A stretch of 64,000 nucleotides of DNA from a virus (lineage: Duplodnaviria > Caudoviricetes): positions 96,001-160,000 of the IMG/VR virus record IMGVR_UViG_3300027734_003164; one strand, given 5' to 3'. The notes beneath the pieces were generated by a model that saw nothing but the letters and a program-made list of their open reading frames with translations, searched no databases and had not been told where the DNA came from. Of this stretch, positions 27,854-36,900 are shown in pieces. The translations under genes and the position numbers were made by a program. Numbering within the stretch: position 1 is the stretch's first letter; every line of letters begins with the position of its first letter.

Positions 27854-29233
27854 TTAAGATTGTTGTTCTTTTTGCTTTTTCTTTTCTAAAAGCTCTTTGA
27901 TTCTATTTTTATTTTTTTCTTCTTTTTGTTCTTCCAAACCTAAGAAAGTCATACTTTGTTCTGTGTCTATTTCTAACATTCCGTTGTCAAATTTACAGTT
28001 TTCAAAAACAACTCCGTCTTTACCAATTCTTGATTTGGTAATGGCAATTGTTGCCAAGTTCATTTCTTTCTGTTGTAGACTCTTAGCTACAGTAATGATT
28101 ACGTGACCAACTTGAGCCTTTTTAATTGACCCGCCCATTTGGTCTGTTGTAACCACTTCTGACGAAATCGAATTACGATTTCCTTGTGTTGCTGTCCAAC
28201 CTGCGATGTCCAACTCATGACACATTGATTCAAACCCTCTCATTACTGAACCTTCACTTTTCCATTCATCACCCATCATTTTGTCAGGAACAACACAGTC
28301 AATATAATCTAAAATAATCATATCAATTCTAATTCCTTCAGCCATCATCTTTCTAACTTGATTTTTGATTTGATTCATAGTTACGGTGTCGGATGGAAGT
28401 TTTTTTATAATCAACTTATTTTTCATAGTTTCCTTAATGTGTTTTACCTTCGCCATAACTTCATCTTTATTTTCAGACATGTCATCAGGGTGGATTCCCG
28501 TCCAAAGTGTATAATGTTTTCTTTGGATAATTTTTGGGTTGTCTTCAAAAAATATTTGAAGAACATTATATCCCAAGTTGAATGCGTGGTTTGCAATTTT
28601 AGTAGTAAATGTGGATTTACCTACCCCCGTCGGTGCTAAAATAACACCAATCTCACCCTTGGCTAAACCACCTTTCAATAGGTTATCAATACCTGCAACT
28701 CCAATTGGAATTGGGTGTCTGTAATCGTCGTTTAAAACCTCATCAAGGTTGAAGAAAACGTCGGTTGTTCCTTTATCGACCTCACCAACTTGTAACGCTC
28801 CTCTTACCATTTCTTCTAAGTGGTCATAACTTTCAAAATCACCCTTATCAATGATTGATTGAGCTTTGGTCATAACCTTCTGTAATTCTTGTTGTTTACA
28901 GAATTTTAATGACTTTTCTTGAACAAATAATGAACCGTCATCAGATACATCTTTTACTTGTTGTAATGTATCCAAAACACTCTTTTGAGCCATTGGAGAA
29001 GATATTTCTGACTTTGTAAGTTGTTCTAATGTATCAAATGTTGGAGTATGTTCATAGTTTGAATAAAACTCCTTAATCATTTGACAAATAATACGAAAAT
29101 ATTGGTTGTCAAAATAGTGTGGGTCAATAACTTCAAGAATGGAATTTGAGAAATCTTTATATAAAATAATATTGTTTAATAATTGAATTTGAAAAGTATT
29201 TCCTAAGTATCCGAAGTTTTTTTTGTCTGACAT
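27854..29233 (-). CDS. dnaB: Replicative helicase (DnaB / T4 gp41-like)
   Basis: GGLAKGEIGVILAPTGVGKS Walker A, IILDYID, TATQGNR. Confidence 0.92.
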   Translation of the reverse strand: MSDKKNFGYLGNTFQIQLLNNIILYKDFSNSILEVIDPHYFDNQYFRIICQMIKEFYSNYEHTPTFDTLEQLTKSEISSPMAQKSVLDTLQQVKDVSDDGSLFVQEKSLKFCKQQELQKVMTKAQSIIDKGDFESYDHLEEMVRGALQVGEVDKGTTDVFFNLDEVLNDDYRHPIPIGVAGIDNLLKGGLAKGEIGVILAPTGVGKSTFTTKIANHAFNLGYNVLQIFFEDNPKIIQRKHYTLWTGIHPDDMSENKDEVMAKVKHIKETMKNKLIIKKLPSDTVTMNQIKNQVRKMMAEGIRIDMIILDYIDCVVPDKMMGDEWKSEGSVMRGFESMCHELDIAGWTATQGNRNSISSEVVTTDQMGGSIKKAQVGHVIITVAKSLQQKEMNLATIAITKSRIGKDGVVFENCKFDNGMLEIDTEQSMTFLGLEEQKEEKNKNRIKELLEKKKQKEQQS

Positions 29234-29260
29234 ATTCTGTATTTTTTTTATTTCTATATG

Positions 29261-29267
29261 ATAAATA
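29261..29267 (-). promoter_or_regulatory. TATTTAT motif
   Basis: 27 nt upstream of dnaB. Confidence 0.5.
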
Positions 29268-29270
29268 TGA

Positions 29271-29723
29271 TTAAGCCAACGAATAATTAAGGTAATTATA
29301 AGATAAATTTTTATCTGAAAAAATGTCAGTTAAATCTTTTAATATCGTTTTTATTGTTGGTCGTATATCCAGGGTATATCTAGCCTTTGGTGGGTATACT
29401 TTAGCGTCGATGATGGTATGACAAATTGTCTCATTTCCAATTCGAATAATCAAATTAAAAACTTCCGGACCATCAGTATTTGATGTATCTAAGATAGATG
29501 AGTCTTCTTCAATTTGGAACCGATTTTCCAACATATAGAAAACTGTTTTGTTTCTTAGTTTTGTTTTTAACTCTTCTGACAATGATTTCATGTAGTCCAA
29601 TAACTCAATACTATTTTTAGCCTTTTGGTTAATGTTTCTTACATTGAAAAAACGTTGTACGACGAAGTTGTCATTTAATGTAATTAGAAATTCAACTTTA
29701 GTAATGTCCTGATTTTCTTTCAT
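29271..29723 (-). CDS. Hypothetical protein
   Basis: 150-aa ORF in the replication operon; no motif recognised. Confidence 0.7.
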   Translation of the reverse strand: MKENQDITKVEFLITLNDNFVVQRFFNVRNINQKAKNSIELLDYMKSLSEELKTKLRNKTVFYMLENRFQIEEDSSILDTSNTDGPEVFNLIIRIGNETICHTIIDAKVYPPKARYTLDIRPTIKTILKDLTDIFSDKNLSYNYLNYSLA

Positions 29724-29727
29724 AATT

Positions 29728-30735
29728 TTAGTTTTTTGTTTTAAATTTTGTTTTTTCTTTTCTTGTTAACTTTAAAAACGGTTTTAAAAAATAAATCCAA
29801 TTATCATCTGTTTTTGGTAGGTATTTAAATATCCCGTCTTCCATCATCATTCGAATTAGGTTTTTATACCCTCTACCATCAGGGTCTAATGATTCTGAAT
29901 AGTACGAACTAACTAACTCTTTACCTTCTTGATTTATTAGTGGTTCATCTAAATCAATTAGTTTTTTATTAATTGCATAATACTCATCGCCAAATATACC
30001 TTCTTTTGTTTTACCAGACAAAAGATTTTGTAATGATTTGTTGTCTTTATTTTCTTTAAGGAGTTTTTCCCCTTTTGATAAAATATCGGATAATTCCACT
30101 TCTTTTTCAAGTATCTCAGGAAAAAACTTAATTAAAGTCTTTTCACCTAAATAAAAAATACCGTCGATATTATCGGATGAATCACCTGTAAGGATTTTAA
30201 TTATTTTGACATTATAATGGGGAACTTCAAAATCGCTCATTTTGATAGTGTCCCCCATCTTATAATATCTTTTTGTGGATGGTGAATAAATAGTTACCTT
30301 TTCAGAAATAAGTTGTGTAAGGTCTCTATCGCTTGAGAAAATTGTTTTATTCTCGTCTTCAGAAATTTGACAGTAATACGCAATTAAATCATCCGCTTCT
30401 GAATTTTCAACTTCAAGTTGTCTAACAAACATCTCTTCAAGATATTGCTTAACTCGTTGTTTTTGTTCATCATAAGAGTCTTGTTTAATCTCATTAGAAA
30501 GGTCTCTACGGTTTAATTTATACTTGGGGTATATCAACCTTCTCTGTGATGAGTTCGTGTCGCTATCCCAAAATACTACAACTTTATTATAGTTGTTCTC
30601 CTCTAAAAACTTTCTTAAAGTATTCAAAAAGTGCCAAATGGCCCCAATATGTTTTCCTTTGTGGAAATAATCTTTCACACCATGAAAACCAATTTTCATC
30701 AAATTGTTTCCATCAACCAATAAGGTTTTTGTCAC
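29728..30735 (-). CDS. 5'-3' exonuclease / flap endonuclease (T4 RNase H / Pol I N-terminal family)
   Basis: LLVDGNNL, YPKYKLNR, EADDLIA, SSDRDLTQL, LTGDSSDNIDG. Confidence 0.93.
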   Translation of the reverse strand: MTKTLLVDGNNLMKIGFHGVKDYFHKGKHIGAIWHFLNTLRKFLEENNYNKVVVFWDSDTNSSQRRLIYPKYKLNRRDLSNEIKQDSYDEQKQRVKQYLEEMFVRQLEVENSEADDLIAYYCQISEDENKTIFSSDRDLTQLISEKVTIYSPSTKRYYKMGDTIKMSDFEVPHYNVKIIKILTGDSSDNIDGIFYLGEKTLIKFFPEILEKEVELSDILSKGEKLLKENKDNKSLQNLLSGKTKEGIFGDEYYAINKKLIDLDEPLINQEGKELVSSYYSESLDPDGRGYKNLIRMMMEDGIFKYLPKTDDNWIYFLKPFLKLTRKEKTKFKTKN

Positions 30736-30756
30736 TTTTTTTGTTTTTAATTGTTA

Positions 30757-31764
30757 CTACTCTACTTCTTCTTTTTCTGCTTTCAAATCAAAGTCACCAT
30801 CAACTCCGATTATTTCCTTCCAATACTCGGCATATTCTTTTTTGTATTGTTCGATTGATGCCTTTTCTTCGGAAGCTTCTTTTCCTGGTAAGAAACCGTG
30901 TGGTGTTACGATAATCTTTCCATCTTCAAAACCAAGTCCGTTGATGTGATTTTTCATAACAGACACCTTAGTTCTTGATGCAAACTTAACAGTTCTCTTA
31001 TCTTTAGTTGCTGTAATTTTTGTTGTACCAGCTCCTTTTTGATTTCCAAATAAGAATACTAATGAAGAGTTCAACCAAATAGCCTCACCACCTTTTGCTT
31101 TAATTTTAGGTTGTCCGAATGGATTGTCAGGTAATTCAACCCAAGGTTGATTAACAATGATTAAGGTATTTTCGTATTTAGAGTCAGCTTTACGTGAACC
31201 TGAAATACGTTGGTTAATACCCATACCAATCTTGTCGGCCAAAACACTTGCGTTGTGTTGTTTACCTCCTTTACCTTCGTAAGTCATTTTACAAGGAACA
31301 GAACCAACTGAGTCCCACATAATACACAATGAATAATCAATATCACCCTTTTCTTGAGCGTCTAATAAATCATTAATGTAATCTGTGATTTGTTCAATAT
31401 AATCAAAGTTATTATTGAATATATAAAAACCATCCCACTCTAATTCTCCTGTTTCTGTGTCAACAACTTCTTCACATTCAAACCCCATTAACTTAGCGTG
31501 GTCAAACGACCATTTTTGTTCAGTGATGATAAATACAGGTAAAATACCTTTCTTCTGAGCATCAACCGCAGTCTTAACTAATGCCGTTGTCTTACCCGTA
31601 TCTGAATGTCCTAAGAACATATTAATGTGTCCCATAGCAGGACCAGGTAAACCAACCGCATCCAAAAACGGAGAGCCAAGGTCAAAGAATCTTTGTGGTT
31701 TATATTTTGCAGAGGTAGAAAACTTTTTTTTCAAAGACCCAAAGTCGTTCTTTTTAATAGCCAT
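30757..31764 (-). CDS. recA: RecA/UvsX-like recombinase
   Basis: GHSDTGKT Walker A, IMWDSVGS Walker B, IIVNQ, KGGEAIWLNSSL. Confidence 0.9.
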   Translation of the reverse strand: MAIKKNDFGSLKKKFSTSAKYKPQRFFDLGSPFLDAVGLPGPAMGHINMFLGHSDTGKTTALVKTAVDAQKKGILPVFIITEQKWSFDHAKLMGFECEEVVDTETGELEWDGFYIFNNNFDYIEQITDYINDLLDAQEKGDIDYSLCIMWDSVGSVPCKMTYEGKGGKQHNASVLADKIGMGINQRISGSRKADSKYENTLIIVNQPWVELPDNPFGQPKIKAKGGEAIWLNSSLVFLFGNQKGAGTTKITATKDKRTVKFASRTKVSVMKNHINGLGFEDGKIIVTPHGFLPGKEASEEKASIEQYKKEYAEYWKEIIGVDGDFDLKAEKEEVE

Positions 31765-31985
31765 TATTGTTCGTAAATTTTAAAATTTTTTATAGTTTCC
31801 AACTTATCTTTTGCGTCTGTAAGTTGTGTGACTAAATTATCCATTTCTTCGGTGTGTTGTGGATGCTCACCAATACCAACAGGGTTTGTGAAATACACAT
31901 ATAATCTTGCTTCTGCATCTGCAATTTCAGACTCGTATTTTTTCACAAGAGCATCTTTTAATTTTTCTGCTAAAAATATGTTCAT
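31764..31985 (-). CDS. Small hypothetical protein
   Basis: 73 aa, TAATG-coupled to recA; contains PVGIGEHPQH. Confidence 0.7.
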   Translation of the reverse strand: MNIFLAEKLKDALVKKYESEIADAEARLYVYFTNPVGIGEHPQHTEEMDNLVTQLTDAKDKLETIKNFKIYEQ

Positions 31986-32011
31986 TTTTTTAATTTTTTA
32001 AAGTTAATAAA

Positions 32012-32038
32012 AATCGGGCTTAGGTAGAAAACCCGATT
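32012..32038 (-). terminator. Intrinsic terminator after SSB gene
   Basis: AATCGGG/CCCGATT stem followed by a T-run on the minus strand. Confidence 0.7.
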
Positions 32039-32051
32039 ATGTTTGTTTGAT

Positions 32052-32906
32052 TTAGAATGGTAAATCTTCTGATGGTTCTTCGTTTGCTTGTGGGTCAACA
32101 ACAGGAGCAGTTTCTTGTTTTGAGCCTCCAAGTGAAATCTCAGACTCTTCTCCGTAAACATATTTTTTTAGTTCAGATGACCAAATTGGAGTTTCCCCAA
32201 CAGCAACTGCCTCTAAATATTCTACGGGTTTTTTAGAATATACATCATTCCATGTAAGTTCATCTTGAATCCATCCTTCCATGATTGCCTTATCCTCATG
32301 TAGTGGTTGTGGGTCATCATACATAATAGTTTGAATTACTGTGTACTCTTTTCCTTGTGGTGTTTTTGCCCTTGTAAGTTCAATAATTAAATCACGACCT
32401 TTTTCGGCATTGGTTACATCGCCTTTAGCTTTCCAAATAGGTAAAATTTTATCTAAAACACCTTCTTGTTTGTAGTTGTGTTTGAATCTCCAAAACTTAA
32501 CCCCGTCTTGTTCATTATCTCGGTCAATAACTTTTACAATGTAAAATAAACGTGAACGGTATTGTGATGCCAATTCTTTGTCTTCTTTTTTACCTGTCGA
32601 AATCAATTCGTTATAAACTTCACTTAATGGTGAACGGTCATTGTCGTTTTTCTCTGGGTCATACAACTTAACCCATTGTCCGTTTACTTGGATTTCATGA
32701 TACCAAACTTCAACAAATGGTGATGAACCATCTTTTGTAGGTAAGATACGGATTCTTCGTGATGCGGATTTTTCATTCTTTTGAAGAATTGCAGAAAAAT
32801 ACTTCTTCAATCTGTCTTCTTGGGAAATGTTTGTTTTTGTGCTGTTGCTCGATGTTGAATTTTTTTCGTACTGAGCAAGTACTGAATCTAATACTGAATT
32901 TGCCAT
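32052..32906 (-). CDS. Single-stranded DNA-binding protein (T4 gp32-like)
   Basis: RRIRILP, KFWRF, KGRDLIIE, acidic tail EEPSEDLPF. Confidence 0.8.
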   Translation of the reverse strand: MANSVLDSVLAQYEKNSTSSNSTKTNISQEDRLKKYFSAILQKNEKSASRRIRILPTKDGSSPFVEVWYHEIQVNGQWVKLYDPEKNDNDRSPLSEVYNELISTGKKEDKELASQYRSRLFYIVKVIDRDNEQDGVKFWRFKHNYKQEGVLDKILPIWKAKGDVTNAEKGRDLIIELTRAKTPQGKEYTVIQTIMYDDPQPLHEDKAIMEGWIQDELTWNDVYSKKPVEYLEAVAVGETPIWSSELKKYVYGEESEISLGGSKQETAPVVDPQANEEPSEDLPF

Positions 32907-32941
32907 AAATAAATTTTTAATTATTACTCTTTTATCTATGA

Positions 32942-32971
32942 AAAATATAAGTGAAATTTCGTTTTTGTCAA
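32942..32971 (-). promoter_or_regulatory. Host-type promoter TTG-N19-TATATTTT upstream of SSB
   Basis: Matches the Bacteroidota -33 TTG / -7 TAnnTTTG architecture with one mismatch; it also reads TTGACA-16-TATATT. Confidence 0.6.
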
Positions 32972-32979
32972 ATAAAAAA

Positions 32980-32997
32980 GGGAAGATAATTCTTCCC
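32980..32997 (-). terminator. Intrinsic terminator after the PAPDAG-repeat gene
   Basis: GGGAAGA/TCTTCCC stem, 4-nt loop, followed by TTTTT on the minus strand. Confidence 0.8.
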
Positions 32998-33022
32998 TCA
33001 AAAATATAATTATGAAAAATAG

Positions 33023-33733
33023 TTAGTAAGTATTTTCATCGTCATCTTGGTCAAAAATACCAAATGTTTTTTTAACTTCATTCGGTGAATAGTTTTCAAC
33101 CTCATCTGAAGTTAATATATATTCTTCTTTTCCTTGTTTTTCAAAGTCTTCTTTTTTGTCTTCAAAATAATCTGTCAATTTTTGATTATAAGGGTAAGAA
33201 TCAAGTGAACGTAACATCAATTTTTCTTCAGGTGACTTCGGTCTACTTTTTTCTACTTTACTTTCGATTGAGTCTATTTTTGACATTATTTGGTCCATCT
33301 GATTTAATTTTGTTTCTAAATCATTCAATTTAGAAAACATACTATCCATGAACTCTTCTTGTTTGGTTTTAATTTCTTCTTGAGTCGTTACTAAGTCTGT
33401 AATATCTATTTCTTCAGTACCCCCTTCTTCTTCATCTTTTTTTGTATCAACTTCTTCAACATCAGGGTCTGACTCAACATCTACTGGTTCGGGTATTGCG
33501 TCGGCTCCTCCTGCGTCAGGTGCTGGTGGTGTTGCTCCTGCGTCAGGTGCTGGTGGTGTTGCTCCTGCATCAGGTGCGGGTGCTCCTGCGTCAGGTGCGG
33601 GTGCTCCTGCGTCAGGTGCGGGTGGAGCTCCTCCTGCATCAGGTGCTGGCGGTGCAACTTCTTGTTCATTAATATATCCTGTAATTTGGTTAAAACGTTT
33701 TAACTCTTCTAAAATTTGTCTTTCTATACTCAT
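33023..33733 (-). CDS. Acidic protein with PAPDAG repeats
   Basis: Six PAPDAG units, Glu-rich linker, coiled-coil-like middle region. Confidence 0.75.
   Translation of the reverse strand: MSIERQILEELKRFNQITGYINEQEVAPPAPDAGGAPPAPDAGAPAPDAGAPAPDAGATPPAPDAGATPPAPDAGGADAIPEPVDVESDPDVEEVDTKKDEEEGGTEEIDITDLVTTQEEIKTKQEEFMDSMFSKLNDLETKLNQMDQIMSKIDSIESKVEKSRPKSPEEKLMLRSLDSYPYNQKLTDYFEDKKEDFEKQGKEEYILTSDEVENYSPNEVKKTFGIFDQDDDENTY
33506..33655 (-). repeat. Coding repeat, 6 x PAPDAG in 50 aa
   Basis: cctgc(g/a)tcaggtgc occurs six times with 21-27-nt periodicity. Confidence 0.95.
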
Positions 33734-33735
33734 TT

Positions 33736-33960
33736 TTATCCATTTAATAATGTTTTAACCCCTTGTGGAGTTTCGACTTTTAATGTTCTATTTGTTTTCA
33801 TAGTATTGTCCACTCTTTCAATTAGACCATCTTTCATTCTAATTGTATAACAATCACCAGTTTCCAAATCACAAACTTCTTGATACCCATTACCTTTATC
33901 TCTTTGTGTAATTTTTGTATCTTTTCTTAGATAATTATCTAATAACATTTTTATTTCCAT
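33736..33960 (-). CDS. Small hypothetical protein
   Basis: 74 aa with CDLETGDC; preceded by TATTTAT. Confidence 0.7.
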   Translation of the reverse strand: MEIKMLLDNYLRKDTKITQRDKGNGYQEVCDLETGDCYTIRMKDGLIERVDNTMKTNRTLKVETPQGVKTLLNG

Positions 33961-33972
33961 AGTTTTTTTTAT

Positions 33973-33979
33973 ATAAATA
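33973..33979 (-). promoter_or_regulatory. TATTTAT motif
   Basis: 12 nt upstream of ATG 33960. Confidence 0.55.
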
Positions 33980-33984
33980 TTATG

Positions 33985-36900
33985 TTATGGGAAAAATATA
34001 CCATAACTATTTTTAAATTGGACAAAATATCTATTATAAATATCTTGTATGTCAGGGAACGACGAATTTACTTTGTCATTTTTTCTAGTTATGAAATCAT
34101 TTGTTGTGGTTGGTAAATTAACATAAAAACCTACTCCCCCTCCAGGATTAACAAATCTTCCTTCAAACCAAAACAAAGTAAATAAAGTGTATGCTTCTGC
34201 ATATTTTTCAACATCTGTGGTATTTGTACTGAAAGTTTTTAGTTGTTCTATAATAGGTAAAAAACTTTGAACTTGAGCATGTATAAATTGTGTTGGTACT
34301 ACAAAGTCAGAAAACGATGCATAAGGTCTAGAGGATGTATCATTTTCTAAAGCCGTTGTTAAACACACTTGTTGAGCTATAAGTGCATTTAAGTCTGCGG
34401 TATAGTTGTTTGAAGTTGATATTTCATATAAATTATAATTTGGTGGGTTACAAACAACTTGGTCAATTTTATTATTTATTCTAGTAAACGCAATACCAAA
34501 ATAAAGAGGTCGTAGTTTTTCTTGAGCCGATGGAATATTTGTCGTTAATAAAGTTTTTAAATCTTCAACCGTTATTGGTGTTATATTAATTCCAACAAAT
34601 GGTGTAGTTGTAAACGTTGTTGCTGAAAGACAAATATTTTCAGGACTTTGTAACGCTCCGGGTTGTACCGTACCTTGTTGTGTGTTCACATTTGTGATTG
34701 GTTCTGTTGTCTTAACTTCTTTTAATATTAATTCTTTATATGCGTTTATATAATTTTGATTGACAGTATCTAATAGACTATTTGGTTGTGGTAAACTATA
34801 TCTTGATATTCTTGGCCCTGAAATCGTTGTGGAAAATTTAGTCTGAGTAACATTGTGTTTTACAGATAAAACCATATACGGACCATAGAATAATGGTACA
34901 TGTCTTAAGTTAAAATACATGGTCGGTTGCATCATGGCGTTACCCATCATTTCAATACTAACATTATAACTTCTACTTTTATATATACTATAAAGTGAAA
35001 CGGATTGTTGAGCTACTTTGTCTCCTGACACAGATGCCCCAAATTGTGCTGCGATTTTATTTGATTCTGCGGTGTTTTTCTTTTCAGACATATCTATCGA
35101 AACACTTTTGAAAATACTTTGGTTTTGAGTTCCGTAATCAACACTAAAACCTACTACTCTATTTTTTTTGGAGTAGTCTTCCTCGGGGTTAGATGGTACC
35201 CTTAATGGGTTGTCTGAAGATTTTCTTATATCAAATGTATCACTTGCAAACTTTGAAAATGAAGAATTGCTTGCAACAAACTCTGACGGTTTACCTGTAT
35301 ATAGTAATAAAAATTTTGGGGTTGCTTTTAAATAATCAACATCCAAAAAGGTTCCAAACAATGTTTCAGTTGCGTCAACAGGTAATGGTGTACTTTTTGC
35401 CACCGCCTGTTGTATGCCGTAAAAATTAACGTATGCGGGTAAAGCAAAGAAAACCATATTGTTTTGCGAACATATTTGAGATATTAATGATAAATAATTT
35501 TGGTTGTCGTTTGATTTTAAATAACCTTTAATTTTTTCTAAGTCGATAGTAAACTCATCACCAATATCTCGACCCGCCTTATCTTGAAATAAAAAATCTT
35601 CAAATATTGTTTTATTTAAAAAATCAGTACCTGAAATCCATTTATCATTCATTGTTTTTAAAACAGAATATTGTTCTAACTTACCAACATCACCTGAAGT
35701 CGCATTTTTAATAGGTGTTGTATTAGTTGTTGTCGTAGGTAAGTCTACATTTAATTTACTGAAAGTTTGTGTTAAATTCTCCGAATTAAAATTTTGTTGT
35801 TGTAATAAAAAATTATTAATTGATTGTTGGAACTTTAATTTATTTAAAGTTGCATCTTCAGCCTTTTGTTTTGCAAATAATCTAATTAGTGGAAATAACG
35901 CTTCAATGTTCGCCTCCGTAAATTCAATATCCATTCCATTATTTGCCGTAAAAAAATCTGTAATTACACTTCCTGTATTTGTATATTGGAATGGTATTTG
36001 GTTAAAAACTCCCACATATTTTCTAAGAGCATTCCACGCATCTCTGTTGTTTGCAATACTTATTGTTAATGTAGGTGAGCCAACTGTCCCATCACCAGGT
36101 AATGACCCAGGTATATATGGATTAAGAGTTAAAGGGTTTAAAGGTTGGAATGTAGGATTGTTACTTATATAGTTAAAAACCCTTCGTTTAAAATTACCGG
36201 GGTTACCCATTTTAAGAACACATTCAAAATTTAAAAAATCTACGACTTTTGGAAAAAAGTTAGATATTTGTTTTTCAGCCAAAAGTAAACCATCTTGTGA
36301 TTCATCGTTTAGTAATGTCACACTATTTTTTGGCACCATAAATAAGGATTCCATTTGATTAAAAAGTCGTTTTTCTGTCACATTTCTAACTGAACCAGGA
36401 TTGGTATAGTTAGAGTTTGTTTGTTCTTCATTTAAAATTAAATCAGATACTGCCGGTGTTGGGTTACAAAAGTTTAAGAATAAATTTTCAAACTTGTCTA
36501 AAATTTCCGGTTCAAATACCGCAAATATTTCTTCTATATTAGAATATGTTGATTGTGCATTTTTTAATTCGAAACTTAAATTTTTACTGTTGTTTGTGTA
36601 AACAACTTTTAAATATTCATTAAATGCGGGTTTTTTAATTAAAGAATTTTTAAAATAACCAAACTGTGATACACCCCAAAGTGGTCTAACACTTCCATTA
36701 TAAACTGCCTTGTTATTAAAAACTTCTTCTTTAATTTTATTTGTTGCATCAAAACATTCAAAATTCATTTGGTTTATATTGATTCCCCCTGTTGATGGGA
36801 TTAACAAAAACTTTTGATTGCTTTCGGGATTATCAAAATAGGCGTAGTAATTTTTGTTCACAAACGCTCTGTTTGGATTTTGTAAATCAAATCCAAAGTT

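Noticed and set aside
2819-33655. Short tandem repeats resembling a CRISPR array or VNTR
   Set aside because: All are in-frame coding repeats with synonymous variation and no unique spacers; no cas genes are present.
34100-34620. Possible degenerate glucosaminidase at the hub C-terminus (NYNLYEIS...RPYASFSDF)
   Set aside because: The resemblance is faint and no catalytic Glu motif is evident; not supportable without a profile search.
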